NCBI GenBank assembly: GCA_037200905.1
Contig: JBBCGN010000004.1
Coordinates: forward strand, 4,038-68,037
Reading direction: 5' to 3'
Length of the DNA: 64,000 bases
Source of the DNA: a bacterium
GTDB lineage: Bacteria > Patescibacteriota > Minisyncoccia > Phycocordibacterales > UBA9973
Part shown: positions 59,743-64,000 of the stretch, piece by piece
Position numbering within the stretch: position 1 is the stretch's first letter
How the letters are laid out: the number at the start of each line of letters is the position of its first letter
Made by a program: the position numbers and the translations under genes
The notes under the pieces: model-generated
Databases searched by the model: none
The model's input: only the letters and a program-made list of their open reading frames with translations
What the model was told of the DNA's origin: nothing

Positions 59743-60191
59743 ATTTTTGCCTGATCCATGGCCGATTCCAGTGAATCCATGAAGCCGGAACTCGTCTCGG
59801 TGGCGCCGGAAACGATGTGCACGTCGGCGGACTGGTTGGCGATGGCTTCTTGCTTGAGCAGGGGCATGGCGCCGTTGCTCTTGCCGAGCGAGGTCGGGTT
59901 GTCGTTCGGATACTCGAGGAAAACGATATCGGTGATCCTGTCACTTTTCAGCGTAGCCGATACCCGGACGTTGCCGTAAAACACGTCGATGCTCTTGCCG
60001 GTGAAAGTGCCGTCCTTATACGTATTCGGTGATGGGGATATGCCGCCATCCGCTGCCGTATTGCCGGCAGATTCGGCGGGCGCAGGCTCCGTGGCCGCGG
60101 TGGATGACGCATCCTGTTCGCCTGTCTTTAAAAAAAATGCGTATATTCCGAATGAGAATATAACCGCCAATGATAATGCTATTTTCTTCAT
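59739..60191 (-). CDS. Exported FMN-binding domain protein (NqrC/RnfG/PplA-like)
   Basis: Signal/anchor MKKIALSLAVIFSFGIYAF, then YKDGTFTGKS and the flavinylation-type motif VSGATETS near the C-terminus. Confidence 0.7.
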   Translation of the reverse strand: MKKIALSLAVIFSFGIYAFFLKTGEQDASSTAATEPAPAESAGNTAADGGISPSPNTYKDGTFTGKSIDVFYGNVRVSATLKSDRITDIVFLEYPNDNPTSLGKSNGAMPLLKQEAIANQSADVHIVSGATETSSGFMDSLESAMDQAKI

Positions 60192-60244
60192 ATGCGTATC
60201 TATTATATACGATCCAGCCCTGATTCTGGTGCCCGCAATCATAT

Positions 60245-62190
60245 CTACAACAAATCTTCCGGATCGACATGCACGGAAAAGGCCCGCGGCAGGGACAAGA
60301 GCTTTCCGAGGAGCGGTCCGTCGAGCGCCGCTCCGCCGTGACGGCGGGGAGCGACCAGCGCTTGGGGTCGAGCTTGATGAGGGCGTTGGTCACGTAGACG
60401 CCTTTCTGCCGGGCGACGAATCCGGAAAATATTTCCGGGGGCGTATTCCTCGAACAGCCGGGCCAGAGCTTCGCGCGCGGCCTTGGTCTCTTCCTTGTCG
60501 CCCTCGTGCGTTATCTTGATGAAGCGCTTGAAGGGCGGGTAGCCGAGGCGTTCCTTGTCCTCGATCTCTTCCCGGACAAAGGAGAGCAGGTTGCCGCTCG
60601 CGAGCGCCGCGAGCGCCGCGTCGTCCTCGTTCTTGGTCTGGATGGCGAGCTTGCGGTCGGTTTCGAGAGTATGGACAGGGCGATCTGGAACGACCTTCTC
60701 GCTCATGCGGAAGTTCGGTATGCTCCAGAGCGAGTCGAATGACGCGATGACCGAGAGGCTGACTTTCTCGCGAGATAGATGAGGGCCATCTCCGTGCCGA
60801 CGAGGATGGCTCCGCCGGAGGCTTCGAACTCCTTCACTATCTTTTCCGCTCCCGTCTTGGTGCCGGCCGTCTCGCGGTCGAGCTGGAAGACGGGTACGGC
60901 CGCCCCGTCCTTGTCCGGAGGGAACATCTTCCTGACGGCTTCGGCCACCGTATCGGTGCCGATGCCGAGCGGCATGAGGTTCCAGCTGCCGCATTTCGGG
61001 CAGATGGTGTCCGATTCCATCTCGGTCTTGCACCGGTTGCAGATGAATATCTTTTTCGTGCCGTCGCGGGTGAGATAGAGCACCACCGGGGCGCCGCAGT
61101 TCTTGCACATGAGCGGCTCGTTGCAGTCGCGGCAGACGGTCATGGTGGCGAGGCCCTTGCGCAGGGAAAAGATGAAGACGTTCTTTCCTCTTGCGATCGT
61201 TTCCTCGATATCGGCGGCATTCTTTTCCGTCAGCACGGCGAATTTCTTCTCGCGTTCCGAGATCTCGATGCCGCCCTCGAAGGACAGGCGGTAGGAGAGC
61301 GGGCGCATCTCCGAAAGGCCGTCGGTCTCCTTTCTCGCGACGGTGTCGAAGCGGAGCATGGTGTCGGCAAGGACGAACCTCGCGCCGATGCTTCCCGCAA
61401 AGGCTTCGGCGAAGAAGCGCAGGTCGAAATGCGGCCGCGAGAGCATGCGGTAGCCGCTCGAGCTCTCGTTCTCGAGTATTATGGTGCCGATATCGTAGCG
61501 CGATACGGCGAGGAACTGCGCCGTGCCGACGATGAGGACGGGATGCGCGTCCGCCATGATCTTGCCGTATTGCTCCAGCAGCTTCTTTGCCGGGAGCCCG
61601 GGGTGGAGCGCGAAGGCGAAATTCTCGATGCCGCGGGAGAGCTGTCCGAAGAACAGCTTCACCTCGCGGTCGTTCGGCAGGACGATGAATATGGATTTCT
61701 TCACGGCGAAGGATTCGCGTATGAGAGTCTTGTACATCGAGATGCGCTCTTCGAGCGGCAGCTGGAGCAGGAGCTTCTCGGCACGGATCTCCTTGAAGCC
61801 TTCGCGCAGATTGCGCGTGATGAGCGACTGGTTCTTGTTCGCGGCAACCTTGTCGTAGTTTTCCCGCAGGACTTGGGGCAGGAGGGCCGTGATGGCGTCG
61901 TTCTTCTTGGACGCGAAATATTCCGCGCAGTCCATGGCCGACTGGAGGTATTCGGGGCGGAAGGCCGACGAGCCGAGGGTGTCATCTACTTTCTTAAGGT
62001 CGAACGACATGGTCTTGATATCGCCCTTGGTGTCGGATACTTCGTCGGAAGAGACCACCAGGCCGAGGATTTTTTTCGCCCGCAAAGGGACGCTCACGAT
62101 CTCGCCGGGGCCTATGTCTTTGGCCGTAAAATAGGTCAGATCCTCTATGAAAGCCCCTTTTTGGAGCGGAATTATGGTCACGATTCTCAT
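60245..62190 (-). CDS. priA: Primosomal protein N' (PriA helicase), at least three frameshifts in the C-terminal third
   Basis: MRIVTIIPLQKG...VPLRAKKILGLVV, zinc ribbon CRDCNEPLMCKNCGAPVVLY...CNRCKTEMESDTICPKCGS, tail GYPPFKRFIKIT. The read spans the ORFs 60703-62214 and 60245-61108 and other frames. Confidence 0.8.
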
Positions 62191-62250
62191 AGGTATTCGC
62201 CCGAAATCAGGCAATTTTTATTCTACCATGACATGTGCTATATTGGCCTT

Positions 62251-63264
62251 ATGGGATTTTTTTCTAGGAAATTGGGCATCGATCTGGGTACTGCAAATAC
62301 CCTTGTTTTTTTGCCTGGCAAAGGCATCGTGCTCAACGAGCCGTCGGTGGTGGCGGTCTCCGAGCAGGACAACAAGATTCTCGCCATCGGCCTCGAGGCC
62401 AAGGCCATGATCGGCAAGACGCCGGAGTCCATCATCACCTATCTGCCGATGAAGGACGGCGTCATCGCCGACTATCGCGTCACCGAAGCCATGCTCCGCT
62501 ATTTCATAAACAAGGCTATGGGAAAATTCAATCTCTTCAAGCCCGATGTCATGGTCTCCGTGCCGGCGGGCGTGACTTCGACGGAGCGCCGCGCGGTGGT
62601 AGAGGCGGCTATCCGCGCCGGGGCGCGCAACGCCTACGTGGTCAAGGAGCCGATTCTCGCGGCCATCGGCGCAGGCATACCGATATATGAATCGAAAGGC
62701 TACATGGTCGTCGACATCGGCGGCGGCACCACCGACGTGGCGGTGATATCGCTCGGCGGCATCGTGGCATCGACGTCGGTGAAATGCGCCGGCAACAAGA
62801 TCGACGCGGCCATCGCCGACTACATCAAGAAGACCTTCAACCTCGCCATCGGCGACCGGACTGCGGAAGAAGTGAAGATCAAGATCGGCGCCGCCGTCCT
62901 GCTCGAAGAGGAATTGCGCGTCACCATCAAGGGCCGCGACTTCATCCAAGGCCTGCCTCGCTCGGCCCAGGTCGGCACCAACGAGATCGTCAAGGCTATC
63001 GACAGCGAACTGCGCCAAGTCATCAAGGCTATCAAGGACGTCCTGGCGGAGACGCCGCCAGAGCTCGCCTCCGACATCATCGATCACGGCATCATCATGA
63101 CCGGCGGTTCCTCCCAGCTCCGCAATTTTCCCGATCTCGTCTACCGCAAGACCGGCGTCAAGGCCATCCTCGCCGAGGACGCGCTCTACTGCGTGGTCAA
63201 GGGCACCGGCTTGGCTCTCGAGCATCTCGACATGTACAAGAAAGCCGTCTTGAGCAAGAAATGA
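62251..63264 (+). CDS. mreB: Rod shape-determining protein MreB
   Basis: LGIDLGTANTLV, MVVDIGGGTTDVAV, IIMTGGSSQLRNF. ATG lies 7 nt after TGcTATATT (62236-62244). Confidence 0.9.
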   Translation: MGFFSRKLGIDLGTANTLVFLPGKGIVLNEPSVVAVSEQDNKILAIGLEAKAMIGKTPESIITYLPMKDGVIADYRVTEAMLRYFINKAMGKFNLFKPDVMVSVPAGVTSTERRAVVEAAIRAGARNAYVVKEPILAAIGAGIPIYESKGYMVVDIGGGTTDVAVISLGGIVASTSVKCAGNKIDAAIADYIKKTFNLAIGDRTAEEVKIKIGAAVLLEEELRVTIKGRDFIQGLPRSAQVGTNEIVKAIDSELRQVIKAIKDVLAETPPELASDIIDHGIIMTGGSSQLRNFPDLVYRKTGVKAILAEDALYCVVKGTGLALEHLDMYKKAVLSKK

Positions 63265-63998
63265 ACATGGCAGGGCATATCGCGAAACATTTCAACAAGG
63301 ATGCCCTGCACCACGCCTATCTCATCGAGGCGAGCGGCGCTCGCGCCATGCCGGAAATCCTCGAGTTCCTCGAAAGCATCGGCGTGGCAGTGGTCGGCAA
63401 TCCCGACGTGACGAGCATCGCCGTCGATTCCTTCAAGATCGAAGACGCCCGCAGCCTGAACGCTTCGGCCACGCTCAAGGGCTTCGGCGGGAAGAAAGTC
63501 TTCATCGTCACGGCCAACAGCTTCCTCTCCGAGGCCCAGAACGCCATGCTGAAAGTCTTCGAGGAGCCGATCGCCGACACGCACTTTTTCGTCATTACCG
63601 CCAGCATCCAGGGGCTCCTGCCGACATTCGTCTCGCGATTCTTCGTCATCCGCGAAGAGCGCGGCGAAGGCGACGAGGCCGCCGCGCTCGCTTTCCTGAA
63701 GGCGCCGTACGCGAAGCGCGTCGACTTCCTGAAAGAGCTCTTGGCGGAAGGCGATGAGGACGAGGACGACCGGGCCGCGGAGTCCGCGCGCTCCAAGGCC
63801 TTGCGATTCCTGAACGCCCTCGAAGCCCTGCTCCACAAAAAATATCCGCTCCGCGAAGGATCCGAGGCAGGATTTTTCGACCAGATGTTCGCCGTGCGGG
63901 AATTCCTGCGCCAGCCGGGCTCTTCGGCCAAGATGCTCATGGAGTCCGTGGCGCTGGCTGTTCCGCTGAATATTCCCTTGGCTGTACCAAATCTGTAA
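63261..63998 (+). CDS. holB: DNA polymerase III delta-prime-like subunit (245 aa)
   Basis: HAYLIEA, KKVFIVTANSFLSEAQNAMLKVFEEPIADTHFFVI, LLPTFVSRFFVI. ATG overlaps the mreB TGA (ATGA). Confidence 0.6.
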   Translation: MNMAGHIAKHFNKDALHHAYLIEASGARAMPEILEFLESIGVAVVGNPDVTSIAVDSFKIEDARSLNASATLKGFGGKKVFIVTANSFLSEAQNAMLKVFEEPIADTHFFVITASIQGLLPTFVSRFFVIREERGEGDEAAALAFLKAPYAKRVDFLKELLAEGDEDEDDRAAESARSKALRFLNALEALLHKKYPLREGSEAGFFDQMFAVREFLRQPGSSAKMLMESVALAVPLNIPLAVPNL

Positions 63999-64000
63999 TT

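Overview
This 64-kb window reads as chromosome from a small-genome bacterium. The gene set and compact layout look Patescibacteria/CPR-like, but that assignment is inference only. All family names come from motifs I read in the translations; no database search was run. Core genes: miaA, murA, parB, rel, topA, dprA, serS, an FtsQ-like gene, dus, dnaX, obg, a MacAB-like ABC exporter, gatB, fba, rplY, rpmE, prfA, a full F-type ATP synthase operon, rsmI, priA, mreB and holB. There are four tRNAs (Trp, Leu, Gln, Ile). I saw no rRNA, CRISPR array, transposase or integrase. The standard code applies, since TGA terminates conserved genes. About 35-40 single-base indels break otherwise intact housekeeping genes, mostly at short homopolymers; I treat these as consensus errors, so every frame-dependent call carries that caveat. 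Main leads: (1) a conserved 74-nt switch-like leader with a conserved mini-ORF in front of both topA and dprA; (2) an AT-rich block after tRNA-Gln (19.0-24.7 kb) built like a cassette array, with gene boundaries marked by a TCCCAGC core also present in the tRNA 3' end; (3) within that block, a promoter-to-terminator noncoding unit of about 0.3 kb bracketed by 86/84-nt direct repeats; (4) an 85-nt MITE-like insertion in an FAD-linked oxidase gene; (5) an unknown gene and an opposite-strand micro-ORF inside the atp operon, plus a GC-composition mosaic there; (6) an RnfD/NqrB-FNR fusion with ApbE and an FMN-binding protein; (7) widespread leaderless promoter geometry.
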